Counted from the stretch's first letter, positions 9,638 to 20,082 are shown. The stretch is DNA of 64,000 nt from Candidatus Equicola faecalis (GCA_018065185.1 JAGHTU010000004.1:60042-124041), one strand, 5' to 3'. The notes: generated from the letters alone by a model not told the origin. Numbers and translations are program-made.

Positions 9638-11788
9638 ATGCGCATAATCATTGAAGAACATAAATATGCAGCCGCTGATGTGAAGGACGTCCTGAAGGGC
9701 ATTGACGCTCTTGAGAACGTTGAGGGATATGTCAGTGTGAACTATGTCGGCTATTTCTACAATACCGACAAGGATGTTCGTGACTGCGTGTTTATCCTTC
9801 CCAAGGTGTTATTGGAGGATGTGGATGGCAAGGAACTTGTCTTTGGCAAATATGCGCCAGAAGAGATTATCAATCTTGATGCCTATAATCCTCTCACTCA
9901 GCAAGAGAAGGACTTCATCTATGAGTTTGCCGTATGGATATACCGTGCAATCGTTGTGTTCCATAACGACAAGCGGAACAAGACAAGCATCGTCTATCAC
10001 AAGAAAATTGCTGAAGTTGGCAAGGGAGGCAAGCATCTGAGTAACACCTTTCTTGATATTCTATTGTCATTGGTGCAGTTTAACAAGGACAACCAGGATT
10101 TCTTCTTTTATGTTCTACGCAATATTCATGCTGGCTTCAACAAGATAAACTGGAACCGCACAATAGCGACAACTCCGGCTATCATCCAAGATGGTAACGC
10201 CGTGTATCTTTGTCCTGTAAACAAGAAGAGACAAATCAACTTTGACGAAGAATTACTTGTCATTTTCTTCTCTATCTTGAACTATATCCATGACCATTAC
10301 GGATTTCCCGTTGACATCAACTGCAACTTTGATCTGATAACAGGTAAACAGTTCAAGGTCTATTTGAACGGTATGGGCAAGATGCGTCTGAAGCAGATAA
10401 AGTACAAATATTTCTCTGACAAGGCGCTGGAATTGTGGGATTTGTGTTACGCCTTCTTTGATTCTGCCCGGCAAATATATGTAAGTTCGGAACAGAAGGA
10501 ATACCTCCTAGTCAAGAACTTTAACATAGTCTTTGAGTCAATCATTGATGAGCTGGTTGGTGACAGAAACATCCCTGCTGGATTGAAGGAGCAAGATGAT
10601 GGCAAGCGTATTGACCACATGTATAGTTACCAAGGATTGACCACATACGAAGAGGATAAGCCTATATACTACATCGGTGACTCAAAGTATTATAAGCGTG
10701 GCAACCAGATTGGCAAGGAGTCTGTATATAAGCAGTTCACATATGCAAGGAATGTCATCCAGTGGAACCTGAACCTGTTTATGGATGGAGAGCCAGAGGA
10801 TAACGAATGGAAAACAAAAGTAGGAAAGTTGCGTGATGATGTCACTGAGGGCTACAACGTGATACCAAACTTCTTCATCAGCGCAAGGCTAAACAAGGAA
10901 CTGAGCTATAAGGATGAAGTTGAGATAACAGATAAGCAGAAAACTCACTTCTCCAACAGTCACTTTGAAAACAGGCTCTTTGACCGTGATACGCTGCTCA
11001 TCTGCCACTATGATGTGAATTTCTTATATGTCATATCGCTCTATGCGCGAAACAACAGTCTTCAGAAGGATGCCTGGAAAAAGGACGTACGAGCCAAGTT
11101 CCGCTCCGAGATACAGAGGATGCTGACGGAACAATACGACTTCTACGCTATGCAAGCGCACCCAAATGTGGATGCAAAGACCTATCTGAAGGAAAACTTC
11201 CAACAGACTCTCGGCAAAATCTATACTCCCTTTGGCAATGATGAGGTTTTCTCACTGGCTCTTGACAAAGAAGATCCAGAGGGAAACAACGAAGCATTGC
11301 TGACAGAACTGCGCAAGCATTTCTTTGTAGTGGAGAATGGAATTGGCGAGAATCCTGAGCCAGCAATGGCGAAAATTATTGACGAAGAAGGACATTTGTA
11401 TCAATCAGATTCGTCTGTAGATAAAAACGAAAAATGCGTTCTCACGGGCTATGTTCCAAAGACTGATAGCGAGTTTGATAGTTTCAATGAGTGCAAGGGC
11501 AAACGCTTCGATATGAAGTACATCCCTTCCATCAACCTCATGGCTGTAAAGTACTTTATGCCTATGGTGGATGGTTTCGTTGATGGTTATTACAAGGTGA
11601 AATCCATGTCGTTCAAGACCGTAAAAGAAGTGGATGCAGATGGAAATCAGAAAGAGACTATGATGCTTCACCTCTCTTTGGGTGACTTTATTAGGTTAGG
11701 AGAAGAAAGAGTTTTCTTCTACAAAGCAAAAATGACAGCTGGTCAGCTTCATTCTATAGCAAAGATTGAGGATGATTATTCAATATAA
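9638..11788 (+). CDS. LlaJI-family (McrC-like) restriction endonuclease subunit
   Basis: YVGYFYN, FILPKV, INWNRTI, FESIIDELVG, PD-(D/E)xK-like IDH...IGDSKYY and KQFTY. Lies downstream of the McrB-like gene. Confidence 0.85.
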   Translation: MRIIIEEHKYAAADVKDVLKGIDALENVEGYVSVNYVGYFYNTDKDVRDCVFILPKVLLEDVDGKELVFGKYAPEEIINLDAYNPLTQQEKDFIYEFAVWIYRAIVVFHNDKRNKTSIVYHKKIAEVGKGGKHLSNTFLDILLSLVQFNKDNQDFFFYVLRNIHAGFNKINWNRTIATTPAIIQDGNAVYLCPVNKKRQINFDEELLVIFFSILNYIHDHYGFPVDINCNFDLITGKQFKVYLNGMGKMRLKQIKYKYFSDKALELWDLCYAFFDSARQIYVSSEQKEYLLVKNFNIVFESIIDELVGDRNIPAGLKEQDDGKRIDHMYSYQGLTTYEEDKPIYYIGDSKYYKRGNQIGKESVYKQFTYARNVIQWNLNLFMDGEPEDNEWKTKVGKLRDDVTEGYNVIPNFFISARLNKELSYKDEVEITDKQKTHFSNSHFENRLFDRDTLLICHYDVNFLYVISLYARNNSLQKDAWKKDVRAKFRSEIQRMLTEQYDFYAMQAHPNVDAKTYLKENFQQTLGKIYTPFGNDEVFSLALDKEDPEGNNEALLTELRKHFFVVENGIGENPEPAMAKIIDEEGHLYQSDSSVDKNEKCVLTGYVPKTDSEFDSFNECKGKRFDMKYIPSINLMAVKYFMPMVDGFVDGYYKVKSMSFKTVKEVDADGNQKETMMLHLSLGDFIRLGEERVFFYKAKMTAGQLHSIAKIEDDYSI

Positions 11789-11948
11789 TTCTTGAGGAAT
11801 GGTTAAAAATAGACTTGTTGATATAGAAATTGATAATGTCTCTTCTGAAAGACTTAATAGGCAGAGCAACATACAAACCGTTTTCGCAAACAGGCCATTA
11901 CTTGACAAAAATTATGGCAACTATATACGGAAATAACAAATAAATAAG

Positions 11949-11956
11949 TACCTTTG
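11949..11956 (+). promoter_or_regulatory. Bacteroidetes sigma-A -7 element for ppdK
   Basis: TACCTTTG matches TAnnTTTG, about 55 nt upstream of the ATG. Confidence 0.6.
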
Positions 11957-12011
11957 CAAGTCTTAAAAGAAAACTTAATTTTACACTAACAATAATAATA
12001 TTACAACTATT

Positions 12012-14732
12012 ATGGCTACAAAAAGAGTTTACACCTTCGGAAACGGAAAAGCCGAAGGAAATGCAAACATGCGAGAGCAGCTCGGCGGTAAAGGTGCCAA
12101 CTTGGCAGAAATGAACCTTATCGGCGTACCAGTGCCTCCTGGTTTCACTATCACTACCGACACTTGTAATGAATATTACGAAGTGGGACAGACAAAAATC
12201 ATGAAACTGCTCAACGATGACGTTATGGCAGCTGTCAAGCATATCGAGGGCTTGATGAACTGCAAGTTCGGAGATGCAGAAAACCCATTGTTGGTAAGTG
12301 TACGTTCAGGCGCACGCGCTTCTATGCCGGGCATGATGGACACTATCCTCAACCTCGGTCTGAATGACGTTGTGGCAGAAGGTATGTGTAAGAAGACACA
12401 GAACCCTCATTTCGTATATGACTCCTATCGCCGTTTCGTACAGATGTATGGTGACGTCGTATTGGGCATGAAGCCAGTAAACAAGACAGACATTGACCCA
12501 TTCGAGAAGATAATCGAAAGCGTAAAGAAAGAACAGGGCGTAGTGCTTGACAAGGACCTCTCTGTAGAATCTCTGAAAAAGCTCGTCGTTCTCTTCAAGA
12601 CAGCCATCAAGGAGCAGACAGGCGAGGAATTCCCAGAAGACCCTATCGTTCAGCTCTGGGGTGCTATATGTGCTGTGTTCCGCAGCTGGATGAATGAGCG
12701 CGCTATCCTCTATCGTAAGATGGAAGGAATACCTGATGAATGGGGTACTGCCGTATCAGTAATGGCAATGGTGTTCGGCAACATGGGCGACACATCTGCA
12801 ACAGGCGTATGCTTCTCACGCGATGCTGCAACAGGCGAAGACCTGTTCAATGGCGAATATCTCGTTAACGCACAGGGAGAAGACGTTGTGGCTGGCATCC
12901 GCACACCTCAGCAAATTACAAAGATTGGTTCACAGCGTTGGGCTGAACGTGCAGGAATATCAGAAGAAGAGCGCGTGGCAAAATATCCTTCTATGGAAGA
13001 AGCAATGCCAGAAATCTACAAACAGCTCGATGACCTGCAAACGAAACTCGAAAACCACTATCATGATATGCAGGATATGGAGTTCACCGTACAGGAAGGC
13101 AAACTTTGGTTCTTGCAGACACGTAACGGTAAACGTACAGGTACAGCAATGGTGAAAATCGCTATGGACCTCCTCAAGCAAGGTCTCATTGACGAAAAGA
13201 CAGCCATCATGCGTTGCGAGCCACAGAAACTTGACGAACTGTTGCATCCTGTATTCGACAAAGCTGCACTTCAGAAGGCAAAAGTCATCACACAGGGTCT
13301 GCCAGCAAGTCCGGGCGCAGCATGCGGTCAGATAGTATTCTTTGCTGACGATGCTGAGCAGTGGCACAACGACGGTCACAAGGTGGTGATGGTACGTATT
13401 GAGACCAGTCCGGAAGACCTCGCAGGTATGGCATCTGCAGAGGGTATTCTCACAGCACGTGGCGGTATGACAAGCCATGCTGCCGTTGTAGCACGCGGCA
13501 TGGGTAAATGTTGTGTCAGCGGTGCTGGTGGCATCAATGTTGACTACAAGACACGCACCGTAGAAATTGACGGTAACGTATATAAGGAAGGCGACTATAT
13601 CTCATTGAACGGTTCTACAGGTCAGGTATATGCTGGCGAAATCCAGACAAAGGCAGCCGAACTCAGTGGTGACTTCAAGGCTTTGATGGAGCTCTGCGAC
13701 AAATATACAAAGTTGCAGGTACGCACAAATGCCGACACACCACGCGATGCACAGTTGGCACGCGAATTTGGTGCAAAGGGTATCGGTCTGACACGTACGG
13801 AACACATGTTCTTTGAGGACAAGAAAATCATCGCCATGCGCGAGATGATTCTTGCCGACTCTGTTGAAGGTCGTGAGAAAGCACTTGCAAAACTGCTCCC
13901 TTACCAGAAAGCAGACTTCAAGGGCATCCTCGAAGCTATGGACGGCTGTCCTGTAAACATCCGTCTCCTTGACCCACCTCTCCACGAGTTTGTACCTCAC
14001 GATCAGGCAGGTCAGGAAATAATGGCAAAAGAAATGGGCGTTGACGTTAAGGAAATCAAGAAGCGCGTTGCTTCATTGGCAGAAAACAACCCAATGCTCG
14101 GTCACCGCGGTTGCCGTCTGGGTATTACTTTCCCTGAAATCACAGCCATGCAGACACGCGCCATCCTCAGCGCAGCATGCGAACTGAAAAAGGAAGGCAA
14201 GAACCCTATGCCGGAAATCATGGTGCCACTCATCGGTATCCTGTATGAGTTGAAACAGCAGAAGTCTATCATCGAAAAGGTTGCTAAGGAAGTGTTCGAA
14301 GAATACGGAATCGAAGTTGAGTTTGAGATTGGTACGATGATTGAAATACCACGTGCGGCTCTGACTGCTGACCGTATCGCAACAGAGGCACAGTACTTCT
14401 CATTTGGTACAAACGACCTCACGCAGATGACATTCGGCTATTCACGTGACGACATCGCAAGCTTCCTCCCAGCATATCTGGACAAGAAGATTCTGAAGGT
14501 TGACCCATTCCAGGTGCTCGACCAGAAGGGTGTCGGTCAGCTCATCAAGATGGCTGTAGAAAAGGGTCGTGGCATCCGTCCAAATCTCCGCACAGGTATC
14601 TGCGGCGAACACGGAGGCGAACCATCATCAGTTAAGTTCTGCGCAAAGATTGGTATGAACTACGCAAGTTGCTCACCATTCCGCGTACCTATTGCACGCC
14701 TCGCCGCCGCGCAGGCAGCAGTTGAGGAGTAA
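12012..14732 (+). CDS. ppdK: Pyruvate, phosphate dikinase
   Basis: GGKGANLAEM, LLVSVRSGA, phospho-His motif GGMTSHAAVVARG and GICGEHGG. Confidence 0.97.
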   Translation: MATKRVYTFGNGKAEGNANMREQLGGKGANLAEMNLIGVPVPPGFTITTDTCNEYYEVGQTKIMKLLNDDVMAAVKHIEGLMNCKFGDAENPLLVSVRSGARASMPGMMDTILNLGLNDVVAEGMCKKTQNPHFVYDSYRRFVQMYGDVVLGMKPVNKTDIDPFEKIIESVKKEQGVVLDKDLSVESLKKLVVLFKTAIKEQTGEEFPEDPIVQLWGAICAVFRSWMNERAILYRKMEGIPDEWGTAVSVMAMVFGNMGDTSATGVCFSRDAATGEDLFNGEYLVNAQGEDVVAGIRTPQQITKIGSQRWAERAGISEEERVAKYPSMEEAMPEIYKQLDDLQTKLENHYHDMQDMEFTVQEGKLWFLQTRNGKRTGTAMVKIAMDLLKQGLIDEKTAIMRCEPQKLDELLHPVFDKAALQKAKVITQGLPASPGAACGQIVFFADDAEQWHNDGHKVVMVRIETSPEDLAGMASAEGILTARGGMTSHAAVVARGMGKCCVSGAGGINVDYKTRTVEIDGNVYKEGDYISLNGSTGQVYAGEIQTKAAELSGDFKALMELCDKYTKLQVRTNADTPRDAQLAREFGAKGIGLTRTEHMFFEDKKIIAMREMILADSVEGREKALAKLLPYQKADFKGILEAMDGCPVNIRLLDPPLHEFVPHDQAGQEIMAKEMGVDVKEIKKRVASLAENNPMLGHRGCRLGITFPEITAMQTRAILSAACELKKEGKNPMPEIMVPLIGILYELKQQKSIIEKVAKEVFEEYGIEVEFEIGTMIEIPRAALTADRIATEAQYFSFGTNDLTQMTFGYSRDDIASFLPAYLDKKILKVDPFQVLDQKGVGQLIKMAVEKGRGIRPNLRTGICGEHGGEPSSVKFCAKIGMNYASCSPFRVPIARLAAAQAAVEE

Positions 14733-14758
14733 ACTGAAAATACAAAATTACAACATAT

Positions 14759-14797
14759 AGGGCAAGCATAAAAACAAATGCTTGCCCTTCGTTTTTC
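14759..14797 (+). terminator. Intrinsic terminator after ppdK
   Basis: AGGGCAAGCAT-loop-ATGCTTGCCCT followed by a T-rich tract. Confidence 0.75.
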
Positions 14798-14919
14798 ATC
14801 ACATTTTCAAATCATTTAATCCTCATTACGATACAAGTATAATAGACAATACACCTATCATGTTCGCCCATGATAAGAAGCAAAAGAAATAGGATAGTCT
14901 TCCTATCCTATTAACCTTG

Positions 14920-14992
<73 letters not shown>

Positions 14993-15100
14993 TTTCAAAT
15001 AAAGCGAATGCAAAAGTAGTGCTATTTGAAGATATTGCCAAATAAAAAGGAAGTAAAATATTTTTATTATCAAATGTTTTGCCAATCAAAAAAAAGATTG

Positions 15101-15108
15101 TACATTTG
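15101..15108 (+). promoter_or_regulatory. -7 element for the tRNA Gly-Leu-Leu-Gly operon
   Basis: TACATTTG matches TAnnTTTG, about 35 nt before the first tRNA. Confidence 0.6.
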
Positions 15109-15141
15109 CATCCGCATTTGTAGAAATGCTCTCACAAAAAT

Positions 15142-15214
15142 GCGGAAATAGCTCAGTTGGTAGAGCACAACCTTGCCAAGGTTGGGGTCGCGGGTCCGAG
15201 TCCCGTTTTCCGCT
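15142..15214 (+). tRNA. tRNA-Gly(GCC)
   Basis: GCGGAAATAGCTCAGTTGGTAGAGC, anticodon arm CAACC-TTGCCAA-GGTTG, 3' end TTTCCGCT. Confidence 0.95.
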
Positions 15215-15235
15215 CTTTGATTTACTGAAAAGTTT

Positions 15236-15317
15236 GCCCTGGTGGCGGAATTGGTAGACGCGCACGTTTCAGGTGCGTGTGCAGCAATGCGTGAAGGTTC
15301 GAGTCCTTTCCAGGGCA
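15236..15317 (+). tRNA. tRNA-Leu(CAG)
   Basis: GCCCTGGTGGCGGAATTGGTAGACGC, anticodon loop TTCAGGT, long variable arm, GGTTCGAGTCC. Confidence 0.95.
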
Positions 15318-15343
15318 CCTACAAATAACAAAATCTCTAAAAT

Positions 15344-15427
15344 GGGGAGGTGGCGGAATTGGTAGACGCGCTACTTTGAGGGGGTAGTGTCAATTGCGAC
15401 GTGGGAGTTCGAGTCTCCTCCTCCTCA
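15344..15427 (+). tRNA. tRNA-Leu(GAG)
   Basis: GGGGAGGTGGCGGAATTGGTAGACGC, anticodon loop TTGAGGG, variable arm, GTTCGAGTC. Confidence 0.95.
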
Positions 15428-15470
15428 CTTTACAAGATTTTGCTTGCGGTATTTCGCAAAAAGAAAGAAC

Positions 15471-15507
15471 GCGGAAATAGCTCAGTTGGTAGAGCACAAC
15501 CTTGCCA
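15471..15507 (+). pseudogene. 5' half of tRNA-Gly(GCC), broken at the anticodon loop
   Basis: Identical to the first 37 nt of the two full tRNA-Gly genes, then diverges. Confidence 0.85.
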
Positions 15508-15576
15508 CAAAAGAAAAAGGGTTCAACCTTGGCAAGGAGTTTTATCAAGACAAGCATAACGCAAAAAAGAAAGAAC

Positions 15577-15649
15577 GCGGAAATAGCTCAGTTGGTAGAG
15601 CACAACCTTGCCAAGGTTGGGGTCGCGGGTCCGAGTCCCGTTTTCCGCT
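15577..15649 (+). tRNA. tRNA-Gly(GCC), second copy
   Basis: Same sequence as 15142-15214. Confidence 0.95.
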
Positions 15650-15714
15650 CTTTCACAAAAACAAGTTTTATTTTATTGATTTATTTTTATTGATTAAAAC
15701 CTCCGTTGTGTTTT

Positions 15715-16248
15715 ATGAATTTGTATCTACGTTATTTTGATCAAGAGACATTGGTAGAGAACGCCGATGAAGCTATTGATTTTCTTCATTCCATTCCACA
15801 GATATCCTTAACAGCAGATCTTGAGAATGACATTAGAGAATACGCCATCAGTAGTAACAATTATCCAAAGCGATATAAGATACGTCCGCGCATCTACTTT
15901 ATCATCATAAAGACCGATGCACAGACCATGCAGGAGTTCAAGGAGCATAGGACAGTACAGTTGCCAGCAAAAGAATCATACGCAGTGCCCCCACTCTCAA
16001 TGTTGCTTCAACACAAAGACGGTTGGTATGAAGGTTCCCTTGACTTCAAGCGTGTAACAACGATTCCTGGCAGCACCAAGTGTCAATATATTGACACAAA
16101 TGTCATTATCCGTTGTAAAGCCACATGTGGGCAGGAATGTTACGACCGCATCGTGGAATATCTCCGTACAAGAGTGGATTCCCGAAGCCAGTTCCCTGCT
16201 GCTAAAGGGAAGAATTTCTCTTTCAAGTATCTCGGCATGTGGAAATAA
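15715..16248 (+). CDS. Hypothetical protein, probably conserved in Bacteroidales
   Basis: MNLYLRYFDQETLV to FKYLGMWK, an ORF of about 177 aa filling the gap between the tRNAs and a terminator. Confidence 0.75.
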   Translation: MNLYLRYFDQETLVENADEAIDFLHSIPQISLTADLENDIREYAISSNNYPKRYKIRPRIYFIIIKTDAQTMQEFKEHRTVQLPAKESYAVPPLSMLLQHKDGWYEGSLDFKRVTTIPGSTKCQYIDTNVIIRCKATCGQECYDRIVEYLRTRVDSRSQFPAAKGKNFSFKYLGMWK

Positions 16249-16323
16249 TACGTTTATAATCCCCACCCACCAATAAGTACGTATCGGAAGAGGCTTTGTT
16301 TCTTCCGATTTTTTTTGCAACCT

Positions 16324-16361
16324 AAAAAAATCCTTCGGAGCAAAGCTCCAAAGGATTTTTT
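16324..16361. terminator. Bidirectional intrinsic terminator between convergent genes
   Basis: AAAAAAATCCTTCGGAGC-AAA-GCTCCAAAGGATTTTTT. Confidence 0.75.
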
Positions 16362-16391
16362 ATTGAAAAGTAATGTAATGTCCTAAGTGTT

Positions 16392-19300
16392 TCAGATTGT
16401 AGCATCTGCACTCCAGTCCTCACCAGCCTTACGCACATAAGAGTTATAACGCAAGTGAGCCATGCGTTCTGCTTCCTTGAAGAGTTCGTCTGCCTCTTCC
16501 GGCTTTGCTTTCTTCAACGACAGATAACGCACCTCGCCCATAAGGAAGTCCTGGAATTTATCCCACTGCGGTTCCTTTGAATCGAGAGAGAACGGATTCT
16601 TGCCCTCTTCTGCCAACGTAGGGTTGAAACGCCACAGATGCCAGTAACCACACTCAACTGCACGACGCTCTTCTTCTTGACTGCGTCCCATACCACCCTT
16701 GATCTTCAACCCATGATTGATACAAGGAGCATAAGCGATGATTACTGATGGTCCGTGATAAGCCTCAGCCTCACGGATAGCCTTCAATGTCTGTGCATTA
16801 TCGGCACCCATTGCTATCTGTGCCACATATACATAGCCGTATGTTGTGGCAATCATACCGAGGTCTTTCTTGCGGATACGCTTACCCTGAGCAGCGAACT
16901 GTGCTATTGCACCAAGTGGTGTAGCCTTTGACGACTGACCACCAGTGTTGGAGTAAACCTCAGTGTCAAGCACAAGGATATTCACGTCTTCGCCAGATGC
17001 TATCACATGGTCAAGACCGCCATAACCGATATCGTAACTTGCACCGTCACCACCGATAATCCAGTTTGAACGCTTTACAAGATAATGGTCTAATGTCTGC
17101 AACTCCTTGCATACAGGGCAACCCTTTGCTGCACTTTCTGCGATGAGTGGCTTGAGTTTCGCTGCTGCTACCTTTGAAGCATCAGCATCATCTTTTGCCT
17201 CGATCCATTCTTGAGCAGCAGCTTTATATTCTGCTGAAGTCTTGTCTGAAGCAATCATTTCGTTGAGCAATACGATGATGCGCTCCTTCATCTTCTTGCA
17301 ACCGAGAGCCATACCGAGACCGAACTCACAGAAATCTTCAAACAGGGAATTGTTGAATACAGGACCCTGCCCCTTTTCATTCTTGCAATATGGCGTCGAA
17401 GGCACTGCTGCGGAATAGATGGAAGAACAACCCGTTGCATTAGCAATCATCTGACGGTCTCCAAAGAGTTGTGCGATGAGTTTCACGTATGGTGTCTCGC
17501 CACATCCTGCACATGCACCGGAGAACTCGAAGAGCGGTGTTGCAAACTGTGAATTCTTCGGGCTCTGCTTGATATCTACGAGGTCTTGCTTGGTATGAAC
17601 CTTCTTAACGAGGTAATCCCAGTTAGCATCGTCCTTGCCTGCTCCACTGAATGGCACCATCTTCAAAGCCTTACCAGTCTTAGGGTTGCCCGGACAAACA
17701 TCCTCACAATTGCCACAAGCCAAACAGTCAAGTGCACTGATACCAATAGTAAAGTGCATACCCTTCATTGCAGCCGGTGCTTTCATCTCAATGGTTGCCC
17801 CTTCAAAACCTTTCACCTCATTATCGTCAAGAACGAATGGGCGAATACATCCGTGAGGACACACATAAGCACACTTGTTGCACTGAATACAGTTGTCTGC
17901 ATCCCACACCGGCACGAAAGCACCGACACCACGCTTCTCGTATGCTGCAGTACCAACCATCCATGAACCATCAATAGTGTCGTTGTTTACAAAATCTGAA
18001 ACCTTCAACAAATCACCATTTTGAGCATTCATAGGGCGAACAAGCTCTTTTACGAACTTTGGCTCATCATTTTCTTGTTTAGCCTCGTCAGCAAGGTTTG
18101 CCCAAGCAGCATCGACAGGAAGCTCCTTATATTCACCACCACGGTCAACAGCTGCATAGTTCTTGTTCACAACGTCTTCTCCCTTGTTGCCGTATGACTT
18201 GACGATGAATTTCTTCATCTGCTCCACAGCCAGTTCAACAGGGATAACGCCTGTGATGCGGAAGAATGCACTCTGAAGGATGGTGTTCGTACGATTGCCA
18301 AGACCTATCTCCTGTGCTATCTTCGTAGCATTGATGTAATAAACCTTTATGTTCTTCTGTGCAAAGACACGCTTCACCTTATTAGGTATGAACTTCACGA
18401 GTTCCTCTCCTTCAAACACCGTATTGAGCAGGAACGTACCGTTTGGCTGAATGCCGCGCGTCACGTCATACATATTCAAATAAGCCTGAACGTGACAAGC
18501 CACGAAATTAGGAGTATTCACAAGATATGTGGAACGTATCGGAGTGTCACCGAAACGCAAGTGCGAACAAGTGAAACCACCGGATTTCTTTGAGTCGTAT
18601 GAGAAATATGCCTGACAATACTTGTCTGTATTGTCACCGATTATCTTCACACTGTTCTTGTTGGCTCCGACAGTACCGTCTGCTCCCAGTCCGTAGAACT
18701 TAGCCTCAAACATGCCCTTGCCACCAAGTGCCATTTCCTCAACCTTCGGCAGTGAAGTGAACGTGACGTCATCGACGATGCCAAGCGTAAAGTGGTCTTT
18801 CGGCTGTGGCAACTCAAGGTTGTTGAATACAGAGATAATCTGTGCTGGAGTAGTGTCGCGTGAACCGAGACCATAACGTCCACCGACAATCTCCGGACGA
18901 TTCTCCACATTATAATATGCGTTCTTTATGTCAAGATACAATGGCTCTGCATCTGCACCCGGCTCCTTTGTACGGTCGAGCACAGCGATGCGCTTTACTG
19001 TCTTTGGCACTGCTGCCAACAGATGCTTCACAGAGAATGGGCGGAAGAGGTGTACACTTATCATACCCACCTTCTTACCATTGGCATTGAGGTGGTCAAT
19101 AGCCTCACGCGCTGCCTCTGTAGCAGAACCCATAAGGATGATAATCTTATCTGCATCCTCTGCTCCGTAATATGAGAAGAGATGATATTCACGTCCACAG
19201 ACCTTTGAAATCTTACCCATCAACTCCTCTACTGCCTCTGGCACAGCATCGTAATATTTGTTCGAAGCCTCACGATGAGTGAAGAATGTCTCTGGGTTTT

Positions 19301-19964
19301 CATTCGTACCACGTGTGACAGGACGCTCTGGCGTCAGGGCACGGTCGCGGAAACGCTTCACGTCAGCCTCATCCACCAATGGCAGTATGTCCTCGTTGTC
19401 AAGACGCTCTATCTTATGGTATTCGTGAGATGTACGGAAACCATCAAAGAAATTGATGAACGGTACAGAGCATTTCAATGCTGCCAAATGTGCCACTGCC
19501 GTAAGGTCCATAACTTCCTGCACAGAACCTTCACACAGCATGGCGAAACCTGTCTGACGACAAGCCATCACGTCCTGATGGTCACCAAAGATATTCAACG
19601 AATGTGAAGCCAATGAACGTGCCGACACGTCAAAGACACATGGCAACAACTCACCTGCAATCTTGTACATGTTCGGAATCATCAGCAGAAGTCCCTGTGA
19701 TGCGGTGAAAGTGGTGGTCAATGCGCCTGCCTGCAGAGAGCCGTGTACGGCACCAGCAGCACCTGCCTCCGACTGCATTTCCTGCACAGACACGGTCTGC
19801 CCCCACAGGTTTTTGCGGCCGCGTGCAGCCCATTCGTCAACGTGCTCCGCCATCGGAGAAGACGGAGTGATAGGATAGATGGCAGCGACCTCACTGAACA
19901 TATAACTGATATGAGCAGCAGCCTCGTTACCGTCACAAGTGATAAATTTCTTTTCTTTTGCCAT
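16392..19964 (-). CDS. nifJ: Pyruvate:ferredoxin (flavodoxin) oxidoreductase
   Basis: YPITPSS, GLGADGTVGANK, two CxxCxxCxxxCP ferredoxin motifs and the TPP-binding GGDG...DTEVYSNTGGQ motif. Confidence 0.97.
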   Translation of the reverse strand: MAKEKKFITCDGNEAAAHISYMFSEVAAIYPITPSSPMAEHVDEWAARGRKNLWGQTVSVQEMQSEAGAAGAVHGSLQAGALTTTFTASQGLLLMIPNMYKIAGELLPCVFDVSARSLASHSLNIFGDHQDVMACRQTGFAMLCEGSVQEVMDLTAVAHLAALKCSVPFINFFDGFRTSHEYHKIERLDNEDILPLVDEADVKRFRDRALTPERPVTRGTNENPETFFTHREASNKYYDAVPEAVEELMGKISKVCGREYHLFSYYGAEDADKIIILMGSATEAAREAIDHLNANGKKVGMISVHLFRPFSVKHLLAAVPKTVKRIAVLDRTKEPGADAEPLYLDIKNAYYNVENRPEIVGGRYGLGSRDTTPAQIISVFNNLELPQPKDHFTLGIVDDVTFTSLPKVEEMALGGKGMFEAKFYGLGADGTVGANKNSVKIIGDNTDKYCQAYFSYDSKKSGGFTCSHLRFGDTPIRSTYLVNTPNFVACHVQAYLNMYDVTRGIQPNGTFLLNTVFEGEELVKFIPNKVKRVFAQKNIKVYYINATKIAQEIGLGNRTNTILQSAFFRITGVIPVELAVEQMKKFIVKSYGNKGEDVVNKNYAAVDRGGEYKELPVDAAWANLADEAKQENDEPKFVKELVRPMNAQNGDLLKVSDFVNNDTIDGSWMVGTAAYEKRGVGAFVPVWDADNCIQCNKCAYVCPHGCIRPFVLDDNEVKGFEGATIEMKAPAAMKGMHFTIGISALDCLACGNCEDVCPGNPKTGKALKMVPFSGAGKDDANWDYLVKKVHTKQDLVDIKQSPKNSQFATPLFEFSGACAGCGETPYVKLIAQLFGDRQMIANATGCSSIYSAAVPSTPYCKNEKGQGPVFNNSLFEDFCEFGLGMALGCKKMKERIIVLLNEMIASDKTSAEYKAAAQEWIEAKDDADASKVAAAKLKPLIAESAAKGCPVCKELQTLDHYLVKRSNWIIGGDGASYDIGYGGLDHVIASGEDVNILVLDTEVYSNTGGQSSKATPLGAIAQFAAQGKRIRKKDLGMIATTYGYVYVAQIAMGADNAQTLKAIREAEAYHGPSVIIAYAPCINHGLKIKGGMGRSQEEERRAVECGYWHLWRFNPTLAEEGKNPFSLDSKEPQWDKFQDFLMGEVRYLSLKKAKPEEADELFKEAERMAHLRYNSYVRKAGEDWSADATI

Positions 19965-20082
19965 TTTTCTGTAATATTATAGCATGTATAATCTTATAAA
20001 TTCCTTGAAAAATTCAATATGTGGCAAAGGTAATAAAAAAAATCTGTAACTTTGGAAACTAAAAAAAGAAAAAAATAAGGAA

